From the NCBI RefSeq assembly GCF_028641065.1, contig NC_073381.1, positions 84,754,001-84,818,000 on the forward strand: a DNA stretch of 64,000 nt, read 5' to 3'. The notes beneath the pieces are model-generated. The model saw only the letters and a program-made list of their open reading frames with translations, did no database searches and was not told the DNA's origin. The stretch's first letter is position 1. Every line of letters starts with the position of its first letter. Shown here piece after piece: positions 1 to 12,495 of this stretch. The stretch is from Leucoraja erinacea. Lineage: Eukaryota. Position numbers and translations under genes: made by a program.

Positions 1-857
1 CGCGCTGGATTGGGGAAATTTCTTCTTCTATGCATTTCCTCCCTTCTGCCTCATTAGTCGGGTACTACGCAAAATACAAATGGACTCTGCTTCAGGTATT
101 TTGATAGTACCCGACTGGCCTACGCAGCCATGGTTCCCGATACTCCATGACATGGTTGTTAAAACACCCAGTGTCTGGCATAAGCCACCCATGCCATGAA
201 AAAATCAAACTCCTGGGTTGCAGATTCTGAACAGACCATTGCTGGGACTGGGATTATCAGAACAAACTGTCAACACCATGTCAGCATCCTTCCGAACATC
301 CACCAAGAAACAGTACTTGACCAATATCAAAAAATGGGAAAAGTACTGCCTGGATACAGGGACCACCTACACAACTGCATCAGTCACCAACGTACTGGAA
401 TTCCTGGCCAAACTTCACTACGAAGAAGGACTCAGCTACAGTGCCATCAACACAGCGAGAAGTGCCCTGTCTGCCTACTTAACACTAGCACCAGGACAAC
501 AGGTCATGTGATCTCATCCGCTGGTGGTAAAATTAATGAAAGTTACAATACCAACCCCCCTTGACCAAGGTACACCCATATATGGGATGTCAGTGAGGTC
601 CTGACTTGCCTCAGGGGATGGCCACCAGCCAGATCCCTCAGCCTGGAACAATTGACACTCAAAACGCTCATGTTAATGGCACTTGTATCCGCACAGCGGG
701 TCCAGTCTCTACATCGGTTACGACTGGACAACATGATTACAGCTCCAGGCCAGATCTCGTTTATGATCCAGGGACTGATCAAACAGAGCAGGCCAGGAAT
801 ACCTAGTCCAGTCGTGATATTCCGGGCTTACCCACCAGAACCACGGTTATGTGTCAT
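1..857 (+). mobile_element. DIRS-type retrotransposon, part 1: end of pol methyltransferase-like domain plus N-terminal half of tyrosine recombinase (degenerate)
   Basis: Frame from nt 2 reads DWGNFFFYAFPPFCLISRVLRKI...LIVPDWPTQPWFP, typical of the DIRS MT domain. YR segments TKKQY...YSAINTARSALS and LTLKTLMLMALVSAQRVQSL follow, with frameshifts. Confidence 0.85.
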
Positions 858-3800
858 AGAAACATAGAAAATAGGTGCAGGAGTAGGCCATTTGGCCCTT
901 CGAGCCTGCACCGCCATTCAATATGATCATGGCTAATCATCCAACTCAGTATCCTGTACCTGCCTTCTCTCCATACCCCCTGATCCCTTTAGCCACAAGG
1001 ACCACATCTAACTCCCTCTTAAATATAACCGATGAACTGGCCTCAACTACCTTCTGCGGGAGAGAATTCCAGAGATTCACCACTCTCTGCGTGAAAAAAG
1101 TTTTCCTCATCTTGGTCCTAAAAGATTTCCCCCTTATCCTTAAACTGTGACCCCTTGTTCTGGACTTCTCCAACATCGGGAACAATCTTCCTGCATCTAG
1201 CCTGTTCAACCCCTTAAGAATTTTGTAAGTTTCTATAAGATCCCCCCTCAATCTTCTAAATTCTAGCGAGTACAAACCGAGTCTATCCAGTCTTTCTTCA
1301 TATGAAAGTCCTGACATCCCAGGAATCAGTCTAGTAAACCTTCTCTGTACTCCCTCTATGGCAAGAATGTCTTTCCTCAGATTAGGAGACCAAAACTGTA
1401 CGCAATACTCCAGGTGTGGTCTCACCAAGACCCTGTACAACTGCAGTACAACCTCCCTGCTCCTATACTCAAATCCTTTTGCTATGAATGCTAACATACC
1501 ATTCGCCTTCTTCACTGCCTGCTGCACCTGCATGCCTACTTTTAATGACTGGTGTACCATGACACCCAGGTCTCGTTGCATCTCCCCCTTTCCTAATCGG
1601 CCACCATTCAGATAATAATCTACTTTCCTGTTTTTGCCACCAAAGTGGATAACCTCACATTTATCCATATTATACTGCATCTGCCATGCATTTGCCCACT
1701 CACCCAGCCTATCCAAGTCATCTTGCAGCCTCCTAGCATCCTCCTCAAAGCTAACACTGCCCCCCAGTTTCGTGCCATCCGCAAACTTGGAGATGTTGCA
1801 TTCAATTCCCTCGTCCAAATCATTAATATATATCGTAAATAGCTGGGGTCCCAGAACTGAGCCATGCGGTACCCTACTAGTCACTGCCTGATATTGTGAA
1901 AAGGACCCATTTACTCCTACTCTTTGCTTCCTGTCTGCCAGCCAGTTCTTTATCCACATCAATACTGAACCCCCAATACCGTGTGCTTTAAGTTTGTATA
2001 CTAATCTCTTATGTGGGACCTTGTTGAAAGCCTTCTGGAAGTCCAGATATAACACATCGACTGGTTCTCCCCTATCCACGCTACTAGTTACATCCTCGAA
2101 AAATTCTATAAGATTCGTCAGACATGATTTACCCTTCATAAATCCATGCTGACTTTGTTCAATGATTTCACCACTTTCCAAATGTGCTGCTATCCCATCT
2201 TTAATAACTGATTCTAGCAGTTTCCCCACTACCGACGTTAGACTAACTGGTCTGTAATTCCCCGTTTTCTCTCTCCCCCCCTTTTTAAAAAGTGGTGTTA
2301 CATTAGCTACCCTCCAATCCTCAGGAACTACTCCAGAATCTAAAGAGTTTTGAAAGATTATCACTAATGCATCCACTATTTCTGGGGCTACTTCCTTAAG
2401 TACTCTGGGATGCAGCCTATCTATGCAGCCTATCTGGCCCTAGGGATTTATCGGCCTTTAATCCATTCAATTTACTTTACACCACTTCCCGGCTAACCTG
2501 GATTTCACTCAGTTCCTCCATCTCATTTGACCCCCAGTCCCCTGCTATTTCCAGCAGATTATTTATGTCTTCCTTAGTGAAGACAGAACCAAAGTAGTTA
2601 TTCAATTGGTCTGCCATGTCCTTGTTCCCCATGATCAATTCACCCGTTTCTGACTGCAAGGGACCTACATTTGTTTTAACTAATCCTTTTCTCTTCACAT
2701 ATCTATAAAAGCTTTTGCAGTCAGTTTTTATGTTCCCTGCCAGCTTTCTTTCATAATCTATTTTCCCTTTCCTAATTAAGCCCTTTGTCCTCCTCTGCTG
2801 GTCTCTGAATTTCTCCCAGTCCTCTGGTAGGCTGCTTTTTCTGGCTAATTTGTACGCTTCATCTTTTGTTTTGATACTATCCCTGATTTCCCTTGTTATC
2901 CACGGATGCACTACCTTCCCCGATTTATTTTTTTGCCAAACTGGGATGAACAATTGTTGTAGTTCATCCATGCAGTCTTTAAATGCTTTCCATTGCATGT
3001 CCACCGTTAACCCATTAAGAATCAATCGCCAGTCTATCTTGGCCAATTCACGTCTCATACCCTCAAAGTTACCTTTCTTTAAGTTCAGGACCTTTGTTTC
3101 TGAATTAACGATGTCACTCTCCATCCTAATGAAGAACTCAACCATATTATGGTCACTCTTGCCCAAGGGACCACGCACAACAAGACTGCTAACTAACCCT
3201 TCCTCATTACTCAATACCCAGTCTAGAATAGCCTGCTCTCTCGTTGGTTCCTCTACATGTTGGTTTAGAAAACTATCCTGCATACATTCCAAGAAATCCT
3301 CTTCCTCAGCACCCCTGCCAATTTGATTCACCCAATCTATATGTAGATTGAAGTCACCCATTATAACTGTTTTACCTTTGTTGCACGCATTTCTAATTTC
3401 CTGTTTGATGCCATCCCCAACTCCACTAGTACTGTTAGGTGGCCTGTACACAACTCCCACTAGCGTTTTCTGCCCCTTAGTGTTTCGCAGCTCTACCCAT
3501 ATCGATTCCACATCCTCAAAGCTAATGTCCTTCCTTTCTATTGCGTTAATCTGCTCTCTAACCAGCAACGCTACCCCACCTCCTTTCCCTTTCTGTCTAT
3601 CCCTCCTGAGTATTGAATATCCCTGGATGTTCAGCTCCCAGCCTTGGTCACCCTGGAGCCATGTCTCCGTGATTCCAACTATATCATAGTCATTAATAGC
3701 CATCTGCACATTCAACTCATCCACCTTATTACGAATGCTCCTTGCATTGAGACACAAAGCCTTCAGGCTTGTTTTTACAACACTCTTACCCCTTATACTA

Positions 3801-4683
3801 TTATGCTGAAAAGTGGCCCTTTTTGATTTTTGCCCTGGATTTGCCGGCCTGCCACTTTTACTTTTCACTTTGCTACCTATTGCTTCTACCCTCATTTTAC
3901 ACCCCTCTGTCTCTACGCTCACACATTTAAGAAACCCTTTCCCTTTAACTCCATCCTTCACTATCCCATTCGACACCCCACCCCCCTTATTCAGTTTAAA
4001 ACCACCCGTGTAGCAGTGGCAAACCTGCCTGCCAGAATGCTGGTCCCACACATGTTGCAATCCGTCCCAGTTTGTACAGTTACCCCTTACCCCAAAACAG
4101 ATCCCAGTGATCTAAGAATCTAAATCCCTGCCCCGTGCACCAGTTCCTCAGCCAAACGTTCAGGTCCCGTATCTCCCTGTTCCTGCTCTCGCCAGCACGA
4201 GGAACTGGAAGCAAACCGGAGATAACCCTGGAGGTCCTGCTTTTCAGCATTTTTCCGAGCTCTCTAAAGTCACGCTGCAGAATATTCATCCCCTTCTTTC
4301 CGACATCGTTTGTGCCGACATGCACTACCACTTCCGGATGTTCACCTTCGCCCTTGAGGATTTTCTGCACTCTGACCGTGACATCCTGGTTCCTGGCACC
4401 AGGAAGGCAGCACACCATCCTCGCATCCTGTCTGTTGCCGCAGAAACCCCTGTCCGTACCTCTCACAATGGAGTCTCCCACTACAATGGCATTGCCTGCC
4501 TTAGGCCTTTTTGGTTTTGGCTCAACAGCCCTATTCGCATCACAAGCCAGTCCGCCGCTCAGTGTAAACACGTCTTCTGTCCCGACAGCTTCTAAGTGGG
4601 TGAACCTGTTCACAAGAGGTACAACACCCGGGGATGTTGGCATTCCATGCGTCCCTCCCTTTCTCACTGTCTCCCACCTACTC
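858..4683 (-). mobile_element. CR1/HER1-like LINE, 5'-truncated within ORF1, inserted in the DIRS YR gene
   Basis: ORF1 SGNH esterase (GDSIVRG, VHVGTND; 4080-4694). ORF2 APE endonuclease (LNARSIRNK, GITETWL, MGDFN, SDH; 2477-4060) and RT (946-2376; YLDFQKAF, FADGTK). CR1 3' tail ...cctattttctatgtttctat. Confidence 0.95.
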
Positions 4684-5544
4684 TCATGACCCACCTACTA
4701 TCTTATATAGACACAACTAACAATATTCGAGGGAGTGAAAACGCCTTGTGGGTCAGTCATAAAAAATCTCATGGTCGGGAGACGAGCCAAACCATTTCGA
4801 GATGGCTCAAGCAGGTGCTAAAGGCTGCCGGGATTGACAGTAACTTGTATAAATCTCACTCCACCAGGGTAGCATCCACGTCAACGGTGGAAAGAATGAA
4901 CCACATGTTGGACCACATCCTGGCTATAGCAGGATGGGCAAGGGAAACCACGTTCAGGACTTTTTATCACAAGTCGTTGGCAAAACCCGTGTTATATGCA
5001 GAAACAATTTTACAGTCTGCAAATATTTAATTTAAGCCCGGGGGAGCAATTTTCTTTTTGTTGTTATTGTTAATAAATACCGTTTTTGTTTTTCATAAAA
5101 CAGATTCATTGGTTGATTACGATAACACACTTCCTCCCTCAAAGACTTCGGCAGTGATGTAGTAATAACTGTTACACGGTTTGAAATCACAGAGCTTTGA
5201 AATCTTCACGGAATCACTCACGTGACTCCGAAGTAAAATAGTAAGATTAAACGAGAACTTACCAGTTTGAAGTTTGATCTGTATTTTATGAGTAGTTACG
5301 ATGAGGGATTGCGTGCCCTCCGCTCCCACCCTCAATAATATGGGTCAAATTCACAAACTGATGTCTCCTTGTCTTTACTATGTTTACTTCAATAACTGTG
5401 TCTGTCTGTGATTCCACACCGCTGCTTTGAAGTATGCCGCGCATGCGTGCTGAGCGGGTTCTTCACGTAATCCCTCATCGTAACTCCTCATAAAATACAG
5501 ATCAAACTTCAAACTGGTAAGTTCTCGTTTAATCTTACTATTTT
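4684..5544 (+). mobile_element. DIRS-type retrotransposon, part 2: YR C-terminus, internal complementary region and right terminus
   Basis: ISRWLKQVL...HSTRVASTS...ILAIAGW...TFRTFYHK carries the YR HxxR, W and Y motifs. An 81-bp inverted repeat spans 5235-5315 / 5464-5544 and the element ends in TTTT. Confidence 0.85.
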
Positions 5545-5630
5545 GGATGATCAGCCATGACCATATTGATTGGCGGTGCTGGCTCAAAGGTCTGAATGGC
5601 CTACTCCTGCACCTATTTTCTATGTTTCTA
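5545..5630 (+). mobile_element. 3' tail of a CR1/HER1 element that hosts the DIRS insertion
   Basis: ggatgatcagccat...ggcctactcctgcacctattttctatgtttctat matches the CR1 tails at 22361-22439 and (reverse) 858-945. Confidence 0.8.
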
Positions 5631-5999
5631 TATCAGAGATAGATAAAAGGATAAATTTAGAGTAAGGGGAATGAGATTTGGAGGAGACATGAGGGGCACC
5701 TTCTTCGTCCAAAGAGTGGTAAGTACCAGAGAAAATAGTAGAAGCTGGGTTACTGATAGCCTTTAAGACACTTGAATTGCGTTGGCACAGAAGGCTATGC
5801 ACCAAGTGCTGGGAGGTGGAATTAGTACAGAATGGTACCCGCTAGACAGCATGAGCATGTTAGGCTGAATGGCACTTTTCCATGCTCTAAAAACGTATAT
5901 CTAAAATGGGTAAGGCCCTACAAGAGTCTCAAAAGTGTTGAGATCACTGGAGAGGGCTACTTTAAAAAGTAATTAAGAGTAGATACAAAATATCAAAGG

Positions 6000-7030
6000 T
6001 TGATAAAATTTTGAAAAAACCTCAAAGCATTTTATATTAAGGTTAAATGTGTGATCTATGAAAGAGTAGGGCCCATTTTTGGGACCAAATTGGTAACTTG
6101 TGCCTGCAGCCAGAGGGCAGAGGGATGTTTTGAATGAATAATCGGTGTGGAACCAGAGGCCCTAAATGAGATGTCTTATTATGGAGTAAGACAGTGTGGA
6201 TGGAACATTTGAGGGGGCAAGAAATAAAAAGAAATACTATCACAAATGAGAAGGCGTTAGATGTCTTTGCAGGCTTTTAGGTGGCTAGAACCAGGGTCTA
6301 ATTAATTGTTTCTTCGGCTGTTGAGTGCAACAAGGAAGGAGATTCCTGGGGCCCTGGCAGAAATGTTCAAATCTTCTCTGTCTCAGAATAAGTACCAGAT
6401 GATTTGAGGACAACAAATGTAGTACCTTTTTTCAAGGAAGGGGAGTTGGTACCAGGTAATTAAAGATTAATAACGCTATCATTAGCGGTAGGGCAATTAT
6501 TGGCAAATGTTCTGATATGTGGCATTATTTAGTACTGGGAAGAGGCAGGGATTAATCATGGTAAAATGTCTGACTAATTTGACTGAAATTTTCAAAATTT
6601 CTTGGAGGGCTTCATGTGGTCAATATAATCTCTTTGGACTTTTGTACTGCCTTTAACAAGATCCCACGTGCGAGACTGGCCCAAAGAGTAATATATGGGA
6701 TCCAGGGCGAGTTGACAAATTTGATGCAAAATTGGTGTGGTGATTGGAGGAAGATGATGATGGTTGAAGATTTGTCTTGTGATAGGAATCATTTGATCAG
6801 GCATATCAAGGGAATTGTTGATGGAAAGCTTGCTGTTTGTTGTATATAGCAATAATCTGGATGAAAATGCAGGCAATATGATTAGTAGTAATTTTGCATT
6901 TCCACTCAAATTAGTGTTATTGTTGATTTGAAGGTGGTGGTCTTTGGTATTATTAAAGTGGTAAGTGGAATGTTAGGTGGAATTTAATCCTTAGCAATAT
7001 AAGATGATGCATTTCTGGGAGGACTAATAA
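6000..7030 (+). mobile_element. Old degenerate CR1 ORF2 fragment
   Basis: Remnant RT motifs (VVPF.K.G, CLTNL.EF, LDFCTAFNKIP) with many stops. Confidence 0.65.
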
Positions 7031-8130
7031 AGCCATGATTTGCATATAACACAGGATATTATCTCAGATAATCTGCCATCTGATTATTTAGATACCCTGA
7101 TTGTTTGGCATCTGGCTCACAAGGTGCTGACAGCCACTGCTCTCCTAAACACAACCAGGGCCCGAGGTTCCTACATCCCTTCAAAACATTGCTGCCCAGG
7201 TTTCTGTATTATCTTTGAATTGACTAGAGCGGCATTTCCCACATTCTCTTTAAACTCATTGGGAGTCTATTCTAATACTCTCTGACATTCATTGAAGCCT
7301 ATTTCCCAGCTCACCTTGAACCTCACAGGCTCTCCCTTTAAACTTACTGGGTTTGCTGTAAAATTAATACTTGCGCAACCTCAAAAAAAATACTTTTTAA
7401 ATCGGGTTCCGTCCTCCGTCTGATGGGTAAAGGGAAGACTGTTGGGTGGAAAGAGGTGAGGGAACAAGTGGGAAATGATAGGTGGATCCATGTGGAGGGG
7501 TTGATTGGCAGATGTCTCAGGCAGGGTGAGAAAGATGGAGATAGTAACCAAGGATGGAGGTGATGTTGTATGGTCAATAAACTAGAGGAAACGGGTGAAT
7601 ACATGAGAGAATGCAGGGGAAATTCACTGGGATGGAGTGGTTTCATGTGAGGATTGACTTGATAGGCTAGGTTTGTCTCCTTTGGAGTACAAGGAACTGA
7701 ATAGGAAACTTGCTGTGACAGGGTAGTAAGAATGTTTTCTCTTAGCAGAGGAGTCTATAACCAGGGGGCACAATTTAAGAAAAATACAGGCTGCTGGAGG
7801 AACTCAACGAGGTGGGCAGCATCTACGGAGGGAAGTGGAAAGATGATGTTTTGAACTGGGTCCCGTCCTCGGTCTGATAGGTAAAGGGAGGCAGTTGGTA
7901 GAAAGAGGTGAGGGAACGAGTGGGCAGGAGTTGACAAATGACAGGTGGATCCATGTGGAGAGGTTGATTGGCTGATGATTCAGGTGGGTTGAGAAAGGTG
8001 GAGGTAGGAACCAAGGCTGGAGGCTATGTGGAGAAGGTAAAAGGGTGCAAATGGTGCAATCTTATATGTAAAGTATGGAATGAAATGTAGACCCGAGGGA
8101 GGGATGGTGGGTAGAATGGGACCATGTAAC

Positions 8131-8400
8131 CATATAACAATTACAGCACGGAAACGGGCCATCTCGGCCCTTCTAGTCTGTGCCAAACGCGTATTCTCCC
8201 CTAGTCCCATCTACCTGCACTCAGACCATAACCCTCCATTCCTTTCCCATCCATATAACTATCCAATTTATTTTTAAATGATAAAATCGAACCTGCCTCC
8301 ACCACCTTCACTGGAAGCTCATTCCACACAGCTACCACTCTCTGAGTAAAGAAGTTCCCCCTCATGTGACCCCTAAACCTCCGTCCCTTAATTCTCAAGT
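8131..8400 (-). mobile_element. CR1 3' end fragment
   Basis: LRIKGRRFRGHMRGNFFTQRVVAVWNELP...FKNKLD plus 3' UTR. Confidence 0.8.
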
Positions 8401-9079
8401 CATGGGACAGGGGGAGCGTAGAAAAATATGTGATCCAGAGTAGGGAGGGGTCAGTAATGGGTGAATGTAGAGGGTGAATGTAGGGGGTGGAGAAGAGAAA
8501 AGGAACAGCATGACTGGTGTGGAGGAGTGGATAGAATAGTGTGCATAGTGGAGGTGGGAGCTGGGTAGATTTTGAGAGGGATGAGTTTTATCTAGAATTG
8601 TAGAATTCAATGTTCATGTCCCACTCTGGCAGTGGAGGGGGAAGACAGAAAGGAAGATATGGGAATGGGAATTGAAATAGTGAGCAAACAGGAGCTCCAG
8701 CTGGCCCTGGTGGTCAGAGAAGTGATTCGTCAAAATGGTCACTTTGTTTATGTTGGGTCTCACGATGTAGAGGAGGCCACATTGGGGGCAAAATTTAAAA
8801 TAAAACGTAGGAGATTAAGAGATCTGAGGAAGAACTTTTTTCATACAGAGTGGTTGGAATCTGTAATACTTTGCCTGACCAGGTTGTGGTGTCATCGTCT
8901 CAATATTTAAATGTTCAAGAAAATCACATGAAATACCTGACAGACAAGGCTGTAGGCTGCATTCTGGTAAATGGGATTAGTGTACTTGGCACTTGGTTGA
9001 TAGGGAAGGTCAAATAGCCTATTTTCAGGCTGTATAAATATTATAGGCATTATATAAACAGAATAAAAAAATTATGTAC

Positions 9080-9272
9080 CAGTTCATAGACTTTTGGAAC
9101 AACAAATACATAATCTTCAGGTTCTTCACCAGTTGGTTCTGGCATTTCACGAAGGAAATCCACAAAGTATGGCTCTTCATGTAGCTTTCCTGCTGATTCT
9201 TTTCCAATGTTTGTTTCAATTGTACGCATGACTGCATCTTCAAACCATTGTTTATCCTCTTCAGTTATAAAT
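9080..9272 (-). CDS. DNAH8: DNAH8-like exon 11
   Basis: (R)FITEEDKQWFED...EPYFVDFLREMPEPTGEEPEDYVFVVPKVYEL; actag / CTG|gtacat; 193 nt, phase 2 to 0. The gene continues beyond both window edges. Confidence 0.93.
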
Positions 9273-9290
9273 CTAGTTGGTAACAATATT

Positions 9291-9432
9291 CAGATTCAGA
9301 TTCAGATTCAGATTCAATTTTAATTGTCATTGTCAGTGTACAGTACAGAGACAACGAAATGCATTTAGCATCTCCCTTGAAGAGCGACATAGCAAACGAT
9401 TTGAATAAAAAAATAAATTAAAAAAAAATAAC
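9291..9432 (-). mobile_element. Short non-LTR 3'-tail insertion with (TGAATC)n end, next to the exon 11 acceptor
   Basis: (gattca)x4 tail then ttaattgtcatt, as in other tails in the window; flanked by caatatt at 9284-9290 and 9433-9439. Confidence 0.6.
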
Positions 9433-10679
9433 CAATATTAATCAGAATGAATGTTACTACTATAAGCAGATCAACTGTTTTGAGCATTAATCACGATATG
9501 TAACTTGTGAAAATATGATTTTAGAAAGGTTCAAAGGTATGCAAATGGTCTGATTGATTTGTTGCAATCCTGTGGTGGGGCGCTGCATGATTGGCAGCCC
9601 CGCCAACAGTCTGTCTGTTTTTTCATCTTTTTTTAATTTTTAGAGTGCGTTAAAAGTTTGTGTAAATGTTCTCCAGTTTGTTTTATGTTGGGGGAGGGGG
9701 AAATTTTTTTCAGTTTTTTACCTTGCCAGAGGTGCAATTAATTTTCAGGTGGCATCTCCGGTTGCTCTGCAGCCTACCATCGATGGAGCTGGAGGCTTCC
9801 TCGAACTGACTTGAGCCCCACCGCAGAGCATGGACTTAACATCGGAGCTGATCTCTTGCCTGGGATCGCACCAACCACGGCCAGCGGACCTACCATCAAA
9901 AGCTCGCAGTCTTGGGAGAGGCAGAGTCTGGAAGCTCAAACGATGCAGAGGCTCAGGGGAGCTGACATCCCCCCGATGCAGGAGCTAATCGCCCCGATGC
10001 GGAGGGCCAAATCGGATGAAGCTAGGAACAAGGCCTGTGGAACTATAAAATCTTACTGCTACTTAGACTTCCAATTTTGCACTAGCTGTTAAATAGTTGA
10101 GTTTATAATAATAGACCCACACTTTAATTTTTCTCCCATAAATCTGCAACTTGCTCTCAGGTATATGGCTAATTCCCATTTGCAAACTGGTAATTTATTT
10201 AAATCACACTTTTGTTATGGAATCATCACTGCAGGGTATGTGTGAAAAAAGGATATTAATTGCATTGGGTCCAGATCTTGAGCTTCTGTTACCGACACTG
10301 ACAAAGTGATTGCAATAAATTATATCTATATTCTCATGTTTGCTCATTTCTCATTTAGGAATGGTGCATGTCTTTTCCTTGTAATACAAAGAATAATTTC
10401 AAAAGATTCATTGCCGGTTTTGAGTGGGAATGGGGAGGAACAAATTGTACATTCCTTCTTTTAATAACATAGGAAATTAAGAGCAGCAGGAGGCCACATG
10501 GCCCCTCAAGCCTGCCATTTGATATGATCATGGCCGATCTATCCAAGGCCTCATCTCCTTCTTTTCAGTTCCACATATTCCTCAATTCCCTGATCTTTCA
10601 CAAAATTATCTACTTTCTCTTTAAATACCTCATGACTTTGCAAAACCTGTTTGCAATAAGATTTTAGATTTAGTGATTT

Positions 10680-10945
10680 AATGAAACAGGCCCTTTGGCC
10701 CACTGAGTCGGTGCTGACCAGTCCGTAGACTAACACTATCCTACACACAAATTACAATATACAATTTTACCTAAGCCTATTAACCTACAACTCTGTACGT
10801 CTTGGAGAGAGAGAAAGCCGGAGCACCCAGAGAAAACCCACGCGATCACAGGGAGAACGTACAAACTCCATACAGCTAAAACCTGTAGCTGTGATCAAAC
10901 CTGGGTCTCCGGCTCTGTGGCAGCAACTCTACTGCTGCGCCACCC
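10680..10945 (-). mobile_element. tRNA-derived HE1/V-SINE-like element
   Basis: Reverse-complement match to the SINEs at 41104 and 44683 (gtacgttctccc...gtgggttttctc core). Confidence 0.75.
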
Positions 10946-11299
10946 TGCTGTCCTACTGTGCCTTACCTGTCAGACCACTTGCACTAAAATAAATGCAATT
11001 TGAATCCAATAGTCCTTCCTCGCATCAGGAGGGCAAAAAGGAAGAAGGGGATAGCTCCAGCAGATAATATTAAGGAAAATACAAAGACATTTCCGAAGTA
11101 CATAAAGGGAACAAAGGTAACCAGAGAGAGAATACGGGCCCCTCAGAAACCAGTGATCATCTCTTTGCGGAGCCGCAGGAAATAGGCAAGGTCTTGAACA
11201 AATATTTCTCCTCTATTTTTACTGTGAAGACCAGGGAACTTGGGGCAGTTAATGGAGATGTCTTGAAAACATCTTACAGTCATGAAGGTGCCTAGATAA

Positions 11300-12495
11300 T
11301 CTGCGTTCTCAGCCCCCTTCTTTATTCCTTGTACACCCACGACTGTGCAGCCTTGTACAAATCCAAATTTAATTTGCAAACAACGCCACCAATGTGGACC
11401 GGATATCAAATAATGATGAATTGGAGTACAGTATGGAGATTGAGAACATCGTGTCGAGACAACACCTTTTCTCTAAATGTCAGCAAGACAAGGGAGATAG
11501 TGAGCGGCTTCAGGAAGTGTGGCAGGATACATACCCCAGTTTGCTTTGATAGCGCCGAAGTAGAGGTAGTTGAAAACTTTAAATTCCTAGGAGTAAATAT
11601 CACCAACGACTTCTCCTGGACAATCCATATTGAAGCACCAACCAAGAAAACACACCATCGACTCTACTTCCTAAGAAGGCTTAGGAAGATCGGTATGTCC
11701 CCATCAACCCTCACCAATTTTTACAGATGCGCCGTAAAAAGCATTTTATCAGGATGTATCACAACTTGGTTTGGGAACAGCTCCATCTAAGACTGCAAGA
11801 AATTGCAGCAAAATGTGGACGCAGCCCCGACCATCACACAAACCAACCCTCCCTTACTTTGACTCCATTTACACCTCATTCTGCCTCGGCAAGACCAGCA
11901 GCATAATCAAGGATGAATCGTAACCCTGGTAACTATCTCTTCTCCCCTCTCCTGTCGGACAAAAAGTATAGAAGTGTGAAAACGCTCACCTCCAGATTCA
12001 GGGAGAGTCTCTTCCCAGCTGTTATTAGAAACTGAACCATCCTACCGCAATCAGAGGGCAGTCCAGAAGTACTATCTACCTCACATGGGACCCTCAGACT
12101 ATCTTTGACTTCACTGGATTTACCTTGCAATTGTCATTATCCCTTATCATGTATCTGTACACGGCGAATGGCTCAATTGTAAATATGTATTTAAGAAGGA
12201 ACTGCAGATGCTGGAAAATCGAAGGTACACAAAAAAGCTGGAAAAACTCAGCAGGTGCAGCAGCATCTATGGAGCGAAGAAAATAGGCAACGTTTCGGGG
12301 CCGAAACCCTTCTTCAGAAACCCGTCTGAAGAAGGGTTTTGGCTCGAAACGTTGACTATTTCCTTCGCTCCATAGATGCTGCTGCACCCGCTGAGTTTCT
12401 CCTGTAAATATGTATTGTCTTTCCGCTGGCTAGTTTGCACACGACAAAAGCTTTTCACTGTACCTCAGTACGTGTGACAATAAACTAAACAAAGC
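11300..12495 (+). mobile_element. L2-like LINE 3' part nested in a CR1 fragment (CR1 at ~11030-11295 and ~12550-13205)
   Basis: VLSPLLYSLYTHDC, LNVSKTREI, FKFLGVNITND, RLYFLRRLRK, LTNFYRC; tail aataaactaaac. Confidence 0.8.
12192..12402. mobile_element. Penelope-derived palindromic mini-insertion with 14-bp TSD
   Basis: TSD tgtaaatatgtatt at 12178-12191 and 12403-12416; two inverted copies of the pLTR end separated by aacccg. Confidence 0.8.
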
